Shown here in pieces: positions 45,878 to 56,840 of a stretch of 64,000 bases of DNA. The notes below the pieces were generated by a model, which was not told the DNA's origin, made no database searches, and saw only the letters and a list, made by a program, of their open reading frames with translations. The first letter of the stretch is position 1, and each line of letters opens with the position of its first letter. The translations under genes and the position numbers were made by a program. The DNA is from an uncultured Marvinbryantia sp. (GTDB lineage: Bacteria > Bacillota > Clostridia > Lachnospirales > Lachnospiraceae), in NCBI GenBank assembly GCA_947631355.1, contig CANRKY010000001.1, positions 1,284-65,283 of the forward strand, given 5' to 3'.

Positions 45878-48800
45878 CTAGTTCTTCCGCTTTCTGCGGT
45901 AGATCACCGCTCCCAGCACCGCGATCAGTGCCACCGCAGCCGCTGCCACATATGGAATCACATTTGTGGGATCCCCCGTGGTAACCGGATCCGCGTTGGT
46001 GGTGTCGCCCGCCGCGTAAGACGAGGATGCCTCTGCGGAACCGCCGTAGTTTGCGTACTCGTCCGCGTAAGACTGCTCCAGTTCCTCCGGAGTTACCTCG
46101 CTGTATCCGCCGGAAGGCGTTGCCTGGTACTCGTTCACGATCTCACCAATGCCGGAACCGCGGGATCCCAGAACGATCCGCTCGTTGTTCGTATAGGAAA
46201 TGGTGAAATACGGCGAGCTCTCCCTGCCGGAGATCAGTCTGCCGTTGGCGTCTGTCTCGCCCACGTAGTAGATTCCCGGCGGCAGGTTCTCAAAGTCTGC
46301 CGTCACGTACACCCCGGATGACGTGGTCATCTGCAGCGGCTGTACGCCTGCTTCTTTGTATATCTGTGTCTTCGCGCTGTCTGTGAACAGTGCGCAGTAG
46401 AACGTGCGGTTTACCTTGATGGCCGACCCGCGGTAGAATACCCTCTTGGCCACGCGGATCCTGCCTAACTGCTTCGGCCCCTGCACCGATACGCTGGGGG
46501 TGATGCGGCCCGCGTCATCGCCGTCTTTCATGATCTCCACCACGGTTCTTCCGTTGTTGCCCACCGGCTCTCCCAGAACCGTGGAGAAGGTGCCTTCTCC
46601 GAACGGCACATAGCCTTCCGGTGTAACGGTCTCAACCACCGTGTACTTCTGTCCCACATTCAGCTTGCCTTCGCAGAGGTAATAATTTTCTGTGGTCACC
46701 CATTCGTCCACCACGTTTCCGTATTCATCCCGGATCTGCATGGTAGCTCCCGGCAGCATGTAGCGGACGTCTTTCCCGTTCACTGTGGGATACATATCGT
46801 AAGCCCTGCGGTAGATGCGGATCTTCACCGTCACGTGGTCGATGAAGGCGCTCACCATGCAGTTGTTGGCCTGAGAGCCCACGGTAAAGGTGGTGCTTGT
46901 GGTGAAGGTGTAATGCCCGTTCGGCATGGTGGTCTCTGTCATGGTATACGTGCCCGGCTCAAAGTAGCCCTTCATGGTATACACTTTGCCCTCCATGGGC
47001 CCTTCGCCCCAGAGCACTTCCCCGGTGGAATCGGCGATCTCCATGGAGCCTCCGGACAGATACGTTCCATCGGAAGCCCGTCTGGCCGCCACATTCACCA
47101 CGGTGGGGGTGTTGCGCGTAACGGCTGTCTGCTCTTTGCCGTCATTGCGGATAGTCACTTCCGCGGTCTCCGCTGTGATCACATAACCATATTTGCGGGC
47201 GGTCTGGGTTACCACGTAGGTCTTGCCCACATCCAGTCTGCCGGTCACCACTTCGCCGTTGATAAAGCTGGTGCCAACGGCCTTTCCGCCTTTTTCCTCT
47301 ATCGCATAAGTGATGTTTGCCGCATCTTCCAATGCTTTGTTGGTATCTTCATCCCACGCCGTCAGCCGCAGCTTCGTGGGTGTATTCTCCGTCCACACCG
47401 TCTGTACCCTGGCGTTGTTGCCCACTGTGATCTCCGCCGTCCTCTTTGTGAGCGCATATCCGCTCACATTTGCCGCCTGCGTGATCACATAGGTCTTGCC
47501 CACTTCCAGCAGCGCCGTAAGCGTGTCGCCGTTCTGGCGGGTCAGGCTGGCGGAAGTATTTCCCTTCTCCTGGATCGTCATGTTCACCCGGCCTCTGGCA
47601 ATATCCTTATTCGTGCCCGCATCCCGGGCGAGGATCTGCACCATGGTGGGCGACAGCTGTATTGCCGCGTCTGTGCTGGTCGGTTTTCCTTCTGTCAGCG
47701 TAAATGTCTGTGTATTGCTGAGCGGCGCCACATACGTGTTCGGGTAAGACTGCAGCGTCCACTTGTATGTATTTAAATCTGCCGTTGTCCCTTCCGGGCG
47801 CTCCTCCGCGTTTATGGAGATGGGCAGCCCGTTCACAGTCGCCAGGCCGTCTTTTCCGGTGGTGATCGTACCCGTCAGGAACGTATTATTCTCAAATGTA
47901 AGCTGGAACACGCCGCCGGATATGGCGTTGGCCGCTGTGGCGCTGTCTGTCAGCTTCACGGAAGCCTGCGTGTATACATTTGTGATCTCCACATTCTGGT
48001 TCTGCGGTGAATCATCGGATATTGTCACTGCAATCGGCTTATAATCATAAATTGGATCACCGGTTGGGGTTCCGTCATCGTTTTTGCCGTTCAGCTGATA
48101 AACGCTGGTATATCCCTTGTTCTGATCCCAGTTTCTCAGTTCGATGGCAGTCCCGTTCTTTGCAAAGTAGGAGCCGCCGCCATCAATGGTATAAACTCCA
48201 TTCGGTAAATTTTTCAAACTATATATGCCCGGTTCTGTGCCTGCAAGCTGGCTTACCGGGATGCGAAGAACGGATTCTCCGTTTTCTCCCGTCACAGAAT
48301 ACTGGGCAGAACCCATCTGAGTTGCGGTGCTGCCGTCCTCTCCGGTTACCCAAAGTTCCACATCTTTAAACATATCGTCGCCCGGCACACGCACCTGGAT
48401 TGTGTAATCGTTTGCCGTCTGTGCAAAGGTGCCCGCCTGCTTAATCCTGAGTTCGATCTGGTGTGCGGCAGCCTCCGCCTCCACGGGATCCGGGTTCGCG
48501 ATGGGGATAATGTTCACATGCTCCGTCTCAGTTACCGGTTCCGTCTCGGGTGTTGTCTCTGTTTCTGTTTCTGTTTCTGTCTCTGTGACAGGCGTTGTCT
48601 CGGTCTCCGTCTCCGTGACAGGTGTTGTCTCGGTTTCGGTTTCCGTCACGGGCGTTGTTTCTGTTTCCGTCTCACTCTCTGTCACAGCTTCTGTTTCGGT
48701 TTCACTCTCCGTCACGGCTTCGGTCTCGGTTTCCGTCTCGCTCTCCGTCACAGCCTCGGTCTCGGTTTCTGTCTCACTCTCTGTCACGGCCTCGGTCTCA

Positions 48801-50014
48801 GTTTCTGTCTCGCTCTCCGTCACGGCTTCGGTCTCGGTTTCCGTCTCCGTCACAGCTTCGGTCTCAGTTTCGGTTTCGCTCTCCGTCACGGCCTCGGTCT
48901 CGGTTTCTGTCTCGCTCTCCGTTTCCGGCGCCGGTTCGGTGAGCGCGATTACAAAATCAGAGAATCCGTCTGTCTTGAAGGAAATGGATTCCACGCCGTC
49001 TTTCGCGTCTGTAAGCTCCGGCTCGGCTTTCAGCTCCACCGGCTTCTGCGCATCCGGCTCGGCCTCTTGCCCTTCCGATTCCAGCAGCGCTTTTTCTTCC
49101 GCAAGCTGCTTTTCCGTGAGGTCGCGGATGTGGTAAACCGCCACGTCCTCGTTCTTCAGATTCTGCTTCTGGAATACGGGCTCCTCGAAGGTGAGTTCCA
49201 CCTCAATCTCGGCAGGGAGCTTCCCATCTTCATCCAGGAAGCTGTCCAGGCTGATCTCCTGGCCGTCCGCCGTCTCAAAATGGATGTCGTATATGAGATA
49301 TTCTCCAAAAGAGACATCTTTTACATACTTTTCCAGCAGTTCCAGATCTTTTTTATAATTTTCATCCTGCTCCTTCGCAAGCTCCAGGACCGCGTCCTCC
49401 GGCAGCGTGATCTGATCCGGCATTTTCACTTTTGCCGTCACATCGTCTTTTTCCCAGGTATAGGTGCCCGGTTCCTCAGTCTCTTTCTGGGCTTCTGTCT
49501 GCGGAGCGCTGCTCTCTGTCTGCTGCACAGGCTGCGTTTGCGGCTGCGTCTGTGCTTCGGTGGATTGCTGCGTCTGCGGCTGTGTCTGTGCCTCGGTGGG
49601 CGCTTCCGTAACCGGCGCCTCGGTGGGCGGTTCCGTGACCGGCGCTTCCGTGGGCGGCTCCGTAACCGGTGGCTCCGTAGCTGGCGGTTCCGTAACCGGC
49701 GCTTCCGTCACTGGCGGTTCCGTAACTGGCGGCTCCGCAGCTGGCGGTTCGGTGACTGGCGGTTCGGTCATCGGCGGCTCCGTAACCGGCGCTTCCGTGA
49801 CCGGCGGCTCCGTGGCAGGAGGCTGCGTCTCTGCGGGCGGTTCCGTGATCTGCTCGACAGGCGGCTCTGCGATCACTTCCGCACCCGTCTCGCTGACAGT
49901 CGCCGCGTCCGCGCTGTTCACTGCAAGGTCTTCCGCCGACGCGTAGCTCCCCGTAAATATCATAACTGCCGCAAGAAAAGCGGCCGCTCTCTTTTTCCTG
50001 TTTAATCCCTTCAT
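45878..50014 (-). CDS. Sortase-anchored surface protein with Cna-B/SpaA-like domains and Pro/Thr/Glu-rich repeats
   Basis: Signal peptide; PVTEP and ETETEAVTES repeats; C-terminal PVTTGD, hydrophobic segment and RRKRKN. Confidence 0.85.
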   Translation of the reverse strand: MKGLNRKKRAAAFLAAVMIFTGSYASAEDLAVNSADAATVSETGAEVIAEPPVEQITEPPAETQPPATEPPVTEAPVTEPPMTEPPVTEPPAAEPPVTEPPVTEAPVTEPPATEPPVTEPPTEAPVTEPPTEAPVTEAPTEAQTQPQTQQSTEAQTQPQTQPVQQTESSAPQTEAQKETEEPGTYTWEKDDVTAKVKMPDQITLPEDAVLELAKEQDENYKKDLELLEKYVKDVSFGEYLIYDIHFETADGQEISLDSFLDEDGKLPAEIEVELTFEEPVFQKQNLKNEDVAVYHIRDLTEKQLAEEKALLESEGQEAEPDAQKPVELKAEPELTDAKDGVESISFKTDGFSDFVIALTEPAPETESETETETEAVTESETETETEAVTETETETEAVTESETETETEAVTESETETETEAVTESETETETEAVTESETETEAVTESETETETTPVTETETETTPVTETETETTPVTETETETETETTPETEPVTETEHVNIIPIANPDPVEAEAAAHQIELRIKQAGTFAQTANDYTIQVRVPGDDMFKDVELWVTGEDGSTATQMGSAQYSVTGENGESVLRIPVSQLAGTEPGIYSLKNLPNGVYTIDGGGSYFAKNGTAIELRNWDQNKGYTSVYQLNGKNDDGTPTGDPIYDYKPIAVTISDDSPQNQNVEITNVYTQASVKLTDSATAANAISGGVFQLTFENNTFLTGTITTGKDGLATVNGLPISINAEERPEGTTADLNTYKWTLQSYPNTYVAPLSNTQTFTLTEGKPTSTDAAIQLSPTMVQILARDAGTNKDIARGRVNMTIQEKGNTSASLTRQNGDTLTALLEVGKTYVITQAANVSGYALTKRTAEITVGNNARVQTVWTENTPTKLRLTAWDEDTNKALEDAANITYAIEEKGGKAVGTSFINGEVVTGRLDVGKTYVVTQTARKYGYVITAETAEVTIRNDGKEQTAVTRNTPTVVNVAARRASDGTYLSGGSMEIADSTGEVLWGEGPMEGKVYTMKGYFEPGTYTMTETTMPNGHYTFTTSTTFTVGSQANNCMVSAFIDHVTVKIRIYRRAYDMYPTVNGKDVRYMLPGATMQIRDEYGNVVDEWVTTENYYLCEGKLNVGQKYTVVETVTPEGYVPFGEGTFSTVLGEPVGNNGRTVVEIMKDGDDAGRITPSVSVQGPKQLGRIRVAKRVFYRGSAIKVNRTFYCALFTDSAKTQIYKEAGVQPLQMTTSSGVYVTADFENLPPGIYYVGETDANGRLISGRESSPYFTISYTNNERIVLGSRGSGIGEIVNEYQATPSGGYSEVTPEELEQSYADEYANYGGSAEASSSYAAGDTTNADPVTTGDPTNVIPYVAAAAVALIAVLGAVIYRRKRKN

Positions 50015-50338
50015 TTTCCTCTCCTCATAAAAATCAAAAAACTGCATATAACTATGGTTGAGGGCAGGATCCACCGCTGCGGGCCCTGCACTTACCGTAC
50101 AGTATAACACATTTATTTTTTTTTGCAAATGAATCGCAGCAATAAAGAATGAAATTTTTCTTAAAAAATCAAGTCTGCTATTGTTTTCCTGTAAATTTCG
50201 TGCTATAACGTAATCGTTAACGGGCGGGAGGCGCCGCGCGCGCATCCAAAAGCCGCCGTAAAAAAGCCGTAATACAGGAAAAAAGGGGAAAAAAGCAATG
50301 CGATGGATCTCTGTTTTCAGATATCATCAGCGGGGAGT

Positions 50339-51034
50339 ATGTTTATGAAAAGGTCGAAGATTCTTATGAAAGATTTATGGACCAGGTACCGTCATCTGGT
50401 GCCCGTTCTGCTTTATATGATTTTTTACCTCTGTGTATTCGCGTATGTGGAAAACCGGCCGCGGCACGATATGCATTTTCTGATCACAAAATGGGATCGC
50501 CTGATCCCGTTCTGCGAGGTTTTCATCATACCGTATATTCTCTGGTTCTTCTACGTGGCCTTCGGCGTGCTGTATTTTGCGCTGGTGGAAAAAGACCGCA
50601 GCCAGTACTGGGCGCTGGTCACAAATCTGGGGATCGGCATGACGGTGTTTTTGATCGTGTCGCTGGTTTATCCCAACGGCCACACGCTCCGGCCGGTGTT
50701 TCTGGAGCGCAGCAATATTTTTACAGAAATGGTGAAGGCGCTGTGGCGCATTGACACATCCACAAATGTGCTTCCCAGCATCCATGTGTTCAACGCGGTG
50801 TGCGTGCACATGGCGCTCGCACAGTGCACTTCCCTGAAAAAGAAATATCCGTGGGCAGTGAACGCTTCTCTGGTGCTGTGCATCTCCATCGTGGCGTCCA
50901 CCATGTTTTTGAAACAGCACACGGTGATCGATGTGATCTCCGCGCTGCTTATGAACATCGGGTGCTATTACCTGGTTTACCAGCCGTCCGCAGCGGGCCG
51001 TCAGATTTCCGAGTCTACCCGCAGGTGGCAGTAA
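50339..51034 (+). CDS. PAP2-superfamily membrane phosphatase/phosphotransferase
   Basis: Multi-TM protein with NVLPSIHV and KQHTVID motifs. Confidence 0.75.
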   Translation: MFMKRSKILMKDLWTRYRHLVPVLLYMIFYLCVFAYVENRPRHDMHFLITKWDRLIPFCEVFIIPYILWFFYVAFGVLYFALVEKDRSQYWALVTNLGIGMTVFLIVSLVYPNGHTLRPVFLERSNIFTEMVKALWRIDTSTNVLPSIHVFNAVCVHMALAQCTSLKKKYPWAVNASLVLCISIVASTMFLKQHTVIDVISALLMNIGCYYLVYQPSAAGRQISESTRRWQ

Positions 51035-52103
51035 AGCGCAGAGCCAGTTCTCTGTTTTTCTCATTCATCTCGCCAAACTCTTTCGCACAGCAGATCACCT
51101 CCCGACACTGCTGTGCGATTTTTGCTGCCCGCTGAAAGGTCTCCTCGGCGATGGGCGTATACGCCTTTTCCGCCACCACCTGCACCGCCAGCGCCTTCGC
51201 GACTTCGTAGTCGATATCGTTTGTGTGCAGAACCCCGGCCGCGAAGGGGATCCCCTGGCGCGCCAGGCGCCGGTATACCGGGATGCCGCTGCCCCCGCCG
51301 CCGATCACAAACACTTCCGGCGCTCCCTTGGGCGCTTCCATCTCCAGGCACCCAAAATCCGTGTTGTAGCTTCCCATGGTCATCCCATACAGTTTTTCCA
51401 CGTAATCTGAGGTGAAGATCTCCTCCGGTGTGCCATATTTTTCAATGCGATCCCCGTGCACGCACACCACAATGTCCGAGATCTTCTGGGCCAGATCCAG
51501 CTCGTGCAGCGACATCACAATGGCCAGGCGCTTCTCCCGCACCATTTGTTTCAGCAGAGTCAGCAGTTCCAGCTTGTGCCGGATATCCAGAAAAGAAGTG
51601 GGCTCGTCCAGAATGATGATCTGCGGCTCCTGGCAGATGGCCTTTGCCAGCAGCACCCGCTGGCGCTGCCCATCGCTGATCTGGGTGAAATCGCAGTCCC
51701 GCAGTTCCAGAGCGTGCACCATCTCCATGGACGCGTGCACCACTTCCCGGTCGTGATCCGACAGGATCCCCAGTCGGCCCGTGTAGGGGTAGCGGCCCAT
51801 CGCCACCACATCCTCGCAGGTCATCAGCTCCGGGTGGATGCGCTCCGTCATCACCACCGACATCTTCTTTGAGAGGGCCCTGTCGGACAGGGTTTTCATG
51901 TCGCTCCCGTCCAAAAACACCGTTCCATTCAGCGCCGCAAGCTGCCGGGTGATGCTTTTCAGGATGGTGGATTTCCCCGCCCCGTTCGGCCCGATGATCG
52001 TGAGGATCTCCCCGCGGTTCAGCCCGATGCTGATATCGCGGATCAGAGGAACCCCGCTGTAGCCAACGGTCAGGTTGTCGGTGTGAATGTAAAAATCTGA
52101 CAT
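51015..52103 (-). CDS. Iron/cobalamin-type ABC transporter ATP-binding protein
   Basis: GPNGAGKS, ISDGQRQRV and LDEPTSFLD motifs. Confidence 0.92.
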   Translation of the reverse strand: MSDFYIHTDNLTVGYSGVPLIRDISIGLNRGEILTIIGPNGAGKSTILKSITRQLAALNGTVFLDGSDMKTLSDRALSKKMSVVMTERIHPELMTCEDVVAMGRYPYTGRLGILSDHDREVVHASMEMVHALELRDCDFTQISDGQRQRVLLAKAICQEPQIIILDEPTSFLDIRHKLELLTLLKQMVREKRLAIVMSLHELDLAQKISDIVVCVHGDRIEKYGTPEEIFTSDYVEKLYGMTMGSYNTDFGCLEMEAPKGAPEVFVIGGGGSGIPVYRRLARQGIPFAAGVLHTNDIDYEVAKALAVQVVAEKAYTPIAEETFQRAAKIAQQCREVICCAKEFGEMNEKNRELALRFTATCG

Positions 52104-52139
52104 GGGAAACTCCTTTTTGTTTTCTTGCGGAGCGTTGCT

Positions 52140-52310
52140 GTCACGATTTCTTGCATAAATCGCGACATGCATTTTAATCTCGCTTCGCGAGATGGGCGCT
52201 TATCACGATTTATTCCATAAATCATGACGTTGTTCGGAGCGTGCGCCCAATAGAATCTCGCTTCGCGAGATGGGGCGCCGCCTATCACGATTTATTTCAT
52301 AAATCGTGAC
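52140..52310. repeat. REP-like composite of palindromic units
   Basis: TCACGATTT(A)..CATAAATC(G/A)(C/T)GAC x3 alternating with AATCTCGCTTCGCGAGAT x2. Confidence 0.85.
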
Positions 52311-52323
52311 ATTGCGTGACATT

Positions 52324-53343
52324 CTAGGATCGTCTCGCAGCCTTGGTGCAGAGAGCAAAAATCACCACCGGAGCGCCGAACACGGCCGTCACCGAACTGA
52401 TGGACAGCTCCGTGGGCGCGAATACGGTGCGGGCGATCATATCGCAGAACAGGCAGAACACCGCTCCCCCCAGGAAACAGGCCGGGATGATCAGGATGGG
52501 TTTTGCCGTTTTAAACATGCTCTTGATCAGATGGGGAACCGCGATCCCCACAAAGGATATGGGCCCCGCGAACGCCGTCACGCACGCGGAGAGCACGCTG
52601 GAGAGCAGGATCAGCTGCACCCGGAACGCCCGGATGTTCACGCCCATGCTGCGGGCGTACACCTCCCCCAGCTGGTACGCGCCCATGGGTTTGGAAAGAA
52701 AAAAAGTGATCGTCAGGGTGACAAAGATCACCACCGCCATCACACGGATATTGTCCCAGGACATGCCGGAAAAGCTGCCCAGGGACCAGTTATGCAGATT
52801 TACGATGTTCGAGTCGTCCGCAAAGGTCACCACAAAATCTGTGATCGCGGAACAGATGTAACCGATCATCACGCCGCTGATGACCAGCATGGACATCCCC
52901 TTCACTTTTTTGGAGACCAGCAAAATAAATCCCATGGAGATCATGGCGCCGAGGAACGCCGCCAGGATAAGGATCTGCGAGCCCGCCGCATAGCCCCTGC
53001 TTAACAAAAAGATCATCACCAGCGACACCACCAGCTTCGCGCCGGAAGAAATGCCCAGCACAAACGGCCCGGCGATGGGGTTGTTGAAAAACGTCTGCAG
53101 CAGAAAGCCGGACACCGACAGCGCGCCGCCCAGGATGATCGCCGCCAGGATGCGGGGCAGCCGGATCTCCCACACAATGTTGTACGCCGTCTGTTCCCCT
53201 GTTTTCTGCACAATGATCTGAAAAACCTGCGGGACGGACAGATGCACGCTCCCGGAATTGATGTTGCAGAACGTGAGGAGCAAAAGAAGCGCCGTCAGGA
53301 GCGCAAAGCACAGCTCATATCTTTTGTGTGATCTCTTTTCCAC
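52324..53343 (-). CDS. FecCD/BtuC-family ABC permease
   Basis: EIRLPRIL, NPIAGPFVLGISSGA and GPISFVGIAVPH motifs. Confidence 0.92.
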   Translation of the reverse strand: MEKRSHKRYELCFALLTALLLLLTFCNINSGSVHLSVPQVFQIIVQKTGEQTAYNIVWEIRLPRILAAIILGGALSVSGFLLQTFFNNPIAGPFVLGISSGAKLVVSLVMIFLLSRGYAAGSQILILAAFLGAMISMGFILLVSKKVKGMSMLVISGVMIGYICSAITDFVVTFADDSNIVNLHNWSLGSFSGMSWDNIRVMAVVIFVTLTITFFLSKPMGAYQLGEVYARSMGVNIRAFRVQLILLSSVLSACVTAFAGPISFVGIAVPHLIKSMFKTAKPILIIPACFLGGAVFCLFCDMIARTVFAPTELSISSVTAVFGAPVVIFALCTKAARRS

Positions 53344-53383
53344 GGCGCTTCCTCCTTCCACACAATTTTTTTGTGATCTTCTC

Positions 53384-54538
53384 TTATTGCAGCGGATGGA
53401 GATAGGTAAGATCTTCCGGAACCCCCTCGCTGGTGAGGATCGCGTGAATGTCCTCGATCATGGTGCCCAGCCCCGTGGTCTCCTGGAACAGATTTTTCTC
53501 GGTGCAGTACACGTGGCCCTCCGCCACCGCCTTAAAGTCTTTCAGCAGGCTGCTCTTTGCGAACAGTTCCTCCAGGGTATACAGCTCGCTGTCTATGGTG
53601 CTGTTGTAGATCAGATAATCCGCGTCGTTTGCCTGGGCGTAAAACTCCTCCATCTGCATGTTCATGGTGGAGAGGGCGTTGTCCGATCCGCCCAGGTTTT
53701 CCGGGACATATTTCCCGCCTGCCAGCTCGATCATCTTTGCCACATAATCATTGCCTTTGCGCACGTTCACATACCCGTTGGAGGTGATGTAAAAAAACGC
53801 CACGCTCTTTCCGGTGCTTTCCTCCGCCAGCACTTTTTCCAGGCTGTCCGCCTGTCTGCGGAACACTTCCTCCGCCAGGTCTTCCTTTCCCAGAAGCACG
53901 GCATACAGCTTCAGCCACTCGGTCCTGCCCAGCGGATGGCTCTCATAACTGGAGCGCTCCACCAGCACCGGGATGCCAAACTCCTCCAGCTTTTCCTTCA
54001 CCTCCGGCGTGTGGTAGATCATGGTAGACTCCACCGCCAGGTCGCAGCCGTTCTCCAGGATCCGCTCGTAATCCGGCGCGCTGTATTTCCCCGCGTAAAC
54101 AATATTCCCGTTCTCCATCTCCTCCCGCGCCTTCTGCACATACCAGCCGGAAGCCTCCGTGCCGGACAGGCGGATGCTGGATGTGGCGTCCAGCGAACAG
54201 AACAGATCCATGGCCGAGGTGGCCACCAGATAGATGTTCTGCAGCGGCTGCAAAATGGGAACGATATCTTCCTCCAGTCCAGCGGGAACCTCTTTTCCCT
54301 CCGGAACCACAAGAAAGCGGCCGCTGTCTGTGATGTCGATCAGCGCGTAGCCGCCCTCATAATAATCCACCGAAAACTGTTCCGCGTACATAAGCTCCAG
54401 CGCGTGATCCGCCGTCATAGAGCCCCAGTCGGGCGCGGCGGCCTGCGCCTGTGCGCCATTCTGCGCGAAAAACACGCAGAACAGCGCCGGCAGGAACAGA
54501 TTTCTGATCTTCTTAAATAACGATTCTGTCTTTTTCAT
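53384..54538 (-). CDS. ABC transporter substrate-binding protein (metal/corrinoid type)
   Basis: Signal peptide; PDYE and YESHPLGRTEW motifs. Confidence 0.85.
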   Translation of the reverse strand: MKKTESLFKKIRNLFLPALFCVFFAQNGAQAQAAAPDWGSMTADHALELMYAEQFSVDYYEGGYALIDITDSGRFLVVPEGKEVPAGLEEDIVPILQPLQNIYLVATSAMDLFCSLDATSSIRLSGTEASGWYVQKAREEMENGNIVYAGKYSAPDYERILENGCDLAVESTMIYHTPEVKEKLEEFGIPVLVERSSYESHPLGRTEWLKLYAVLLGKEDLAEEVFRRQADSLEKVLAEESTGKSVAFFYITSNGYVNVRKGNDYVAKMIELAGGKYVPENLGGSDNALSTMNMQMEEFYAQANDADYLIYNSTIDSELYTLEELFAKSSLLKDFKAVAEGHVYCTEKNLFQETTGLGTMIEDIHAILTSEGVPEDLTYLHPLQ

Positions 54539-55536
54539 TGCTCTGCCTTTTGAATGGATGAAGAATCAAAGATCAATGTGTACTCGATCTCGTGAGGCGT
54601 GCTCATGGCAATGGTGTCCGCAACCGCAGCAATGTTCCAGTCAAATCCTTCCACGGGCACTTCGAACGTGGAATTTTCGCCCTCGCCGTTTACGGGCTCC
54701 AGCTTTTCCTCGCCCACGATCATGTAATCATAATAGGGGCTGCTCCAGATCAGCGTAGCAACGGCCTTGCCGTCCGCCACCGTCATCTGCGCGGGCGACT
54801 CCACCGTGGCCTTGCCGGAACCGCCCTCCACGGCCACTTCCACCTGGTAGCTGCCGTCTTCCAGGCCCAGATCCTCCAGCGTGGTGATCATGCCCGCGGC
54901 GAACGCGTCCTGCGGAAGGGAGTCGGAGCGGAACACCAGTGTGCGGTCGTACCACTGCTCTTTCTTTTTGCTGAACGCGGCGCAGTCGATCCCCATATCC
55001 AGTGCTTCCACAGGAACCGTGAACGTATGCTCGCCGTCCTCATTTTCCTCAAACTCTATGAATCCGGTCTCGGAAGAAGCCGCCGCCTCAAGGCCGGTGC
55101 CCATGTACAGGTACAGATAGCCCTTGCCGCCCATGGTCATCTTCGCCGTCATCTCCCCGTCTTTCACGGTGAGCTCACAGTCTGTGATCTTAAACATGGA
55201 GGAGCTGGAATCCACCGCGACCGGGTAAACCCCGTCTTTGATGTCCGTGCCGTAGATGGGAACCATGTCCTCGTCCACCACATCCTCCACCGGCGCCATC
55301 TCGTCCGCGCCAGCCACGGCCGCCGTATCCGGTTTTGCCTCTGCTGTCTCTGCCTCCGCTGCCGCTTCTGCCGCGTCTTCTGCCTTTGCGGCCGCTTCTG
55401 CCGAATCTTCTGCCTTTTCGGCTGCTTCTGCGACTGCCGCTTCCGCTGTCGTCTCCGCGTCCTGTGCGCTGCACAGCGCTGTCATCATACCCGCTGCAAG
55501 GATCGCAGCCCATACGGTTACTCTTGTCTTTTTCAT
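54535..55536 (-). CDS. Secreted two-domain protein (NEAT/Ig-like repeats) of the metal/corrinoid uptake operon
   Basis: Signal peptide; two related domains (DGVYPVAV../DGSYQVEV..; YLYLYMG/YDYMIVG; FTVPVE/FEVPVE). Confidence 0.55.
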   Translation of the reverse strand: MKKTRVTVWAAILAAGMMTALCSAQDAETTAEAAVAEAAEKAEDSAEAAAKAEDAAEAAAEAETAEAKPDTAAVAGADEMAPVEDVVDEDMVPIYGTDIKDGVYPVAVDSSSSMFKITDCELTVKDGEMTAKMTMGGKGYLYLYMGTGLEAAASSETGFIEFEENEDGEHTFTVPVEALDMGIDCAAFSKKKEQWYDRTLVFRSDSLPQDAFAAGMITTLEDLGLEDGSYQVEVAVEGGSGKATVESPAQMTVADGKAVATLIWSSPYYDYMIVGEEKLEPVNGEGENSTFEVPVEGFDWNIAAVADTIAMSTPHEIEYTLIFDSSSIQKAEQ

Positions 55537-55569
55537 ACGTTCACTGCTCCATTCCTGATAATTTATTGT

Positions 55570-55640
55570 TTACTCGGAAAGCCCTTCCATTGCCTCTCCC
55601 GCATTGCTTACTCGGAGAGCCCTTCCATTGCCTCTCTCGC
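55570..55640. repeat. Tandem duplication of cbiK 3' end
   Basis: 55570-55602 matches 55608-55640 (33 bp, 2 mismatches). Confidence 0.9.
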
Positions 55641-56561
55641 GTGCTCCACGAAAAGGCCCTGGATGATCTCCATCTCGCCCAGACCCTTCAGGTTGCAGGT
55701 CACTTCAAAGCCCGCCGCCTCAAATTCTGTCTTCCAGGCGCCTTCTTCATCGCCCGCCATATCGTTGTTCGCGTGGTCGCCCGCCACGATCATCAGCGGC
55801 TGAAGAACCACCTTTGTATACTTGCCCGCTTCCTGTACGGCCGCGATCACATCGTCCAGCGACGGCGTGGCTTCTACCGTGCCGACAAAATAGTTTTCAT
55901 ACCCCGCCTCAGTCAGCTTTTCCTGCATGGTGGCGTAGATCTCGTTGGACTCCGCCTCTGTGCCGTGGCCCATGAACACGATGGCCGTCTGGCCGTCATC
56001 GCTGGCCGCGGTATCCTCTGTGATGGCCTTGATCACTTCTTCGTAGTCCGAGTCGTCTGTCAGCAGCGGCTGCCCCATCACAACCTGGTCAAATTCTTCC
56101 GCGTACTCCGCAACCTGGCCCACCAGATCGTTGTACTCAAAGCCGTCCATCAGATGTGTGGGCTGCACCACCAGCGTCTTCACGCCGTTGTCCACCGCTC
56201 TGGTGAGCGCCTCGTCCACATCGTCGATCTTCACGCCATCGCGGGAGAGCACATGGTCGATGATGATGTTGCTGGTGAAGCCTCTGCGCACCGCGAAATC
56301 CGGGAACGCCTCCTCCATAGCCGCCTCGATGGCGCCGATGGTAGCCTGGCGGTTGTCGTTGAAGCTGGTGCCGAAGCTGACTACCAGAAGTTCCTTCTCG
56401 CCGATGTCGTCCTGATTTCTCACGTTTTCATTGGAGGCATCGCCGGTATACATCTCGGTCTCCTCCTCCGCCGCGTCCTCCGCCTGCACCATAGCGGTCC
56501 CCATCATAAGAGCCGCCGCGCACGCGCCTGCCAGTAACAGTCTTGCCATTTTGTTTTTCAT
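55608..56561 (-). CDS. cbiK: CbiK-family cobalt chelatase with signal peptide
   Basis: LLVVSFGTS, QPTHLMDGFEY, MGHGT, GTVE and PLMIVAGDHA.NDMAG motifs. Confidence 0.9.
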   Translation of the reverse strand: MKNKMARLLLAGACAAALMMGTAMVQAEDAAEEETEMYTGDASNENVRNQDDIGEKELLVVSFGTSFNDNRQATIGAIEAAMEEAFPDFAVRRGFTSNIIIDHVLSRDGVKIDDVDEALTRAVDNGVKTLVVQPTHLMDGFEYNDLVGQVAEYAEEFDQVVMGQPLLTDDSDYEEVIKAITEDTAASDDGQTAIVFMGHGTEAESNEIYATMQEKLTEAGYENYFVGTVEATPSLDDVIAAVQEAGKYTKVVLQPLMIVAGDHANNDMAGDEEGAWKTEFEAAGFEVTCNLKGLGEMEIIQGLFVEHAREAMEGLSE

Positions 56562-56840
56562 GTCTTTGTCCTCCTTTTTTGGGTCATTGCCCTTTTATAT
56601 AAAAGCCTGTGAACCTTCCCGGGAAAAGCCGGCTTTTATACCTCCTGTCACGATTTGTCTCATAAACCGCAACTCGTGATAAAGAACGGGACAAAGCATG
56701 CACGCAAACCCCCGGCGCGGCAGAATATAAAAAAGCCTTCTGCCCGCCGAGCAAAAGGTCTTCATCATGGAAACCAGGTACAACCAATTACTCGTGATCT
56801 TGGAATCTGCCATTTTATGCAATTCCCGTACCGAAACAAC

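Noticed and set aside
52140-52310. Mini-CRISPR
   Set aside because: The inter-repeat segments are themselves repeated; the structure fits a REP-like composite.
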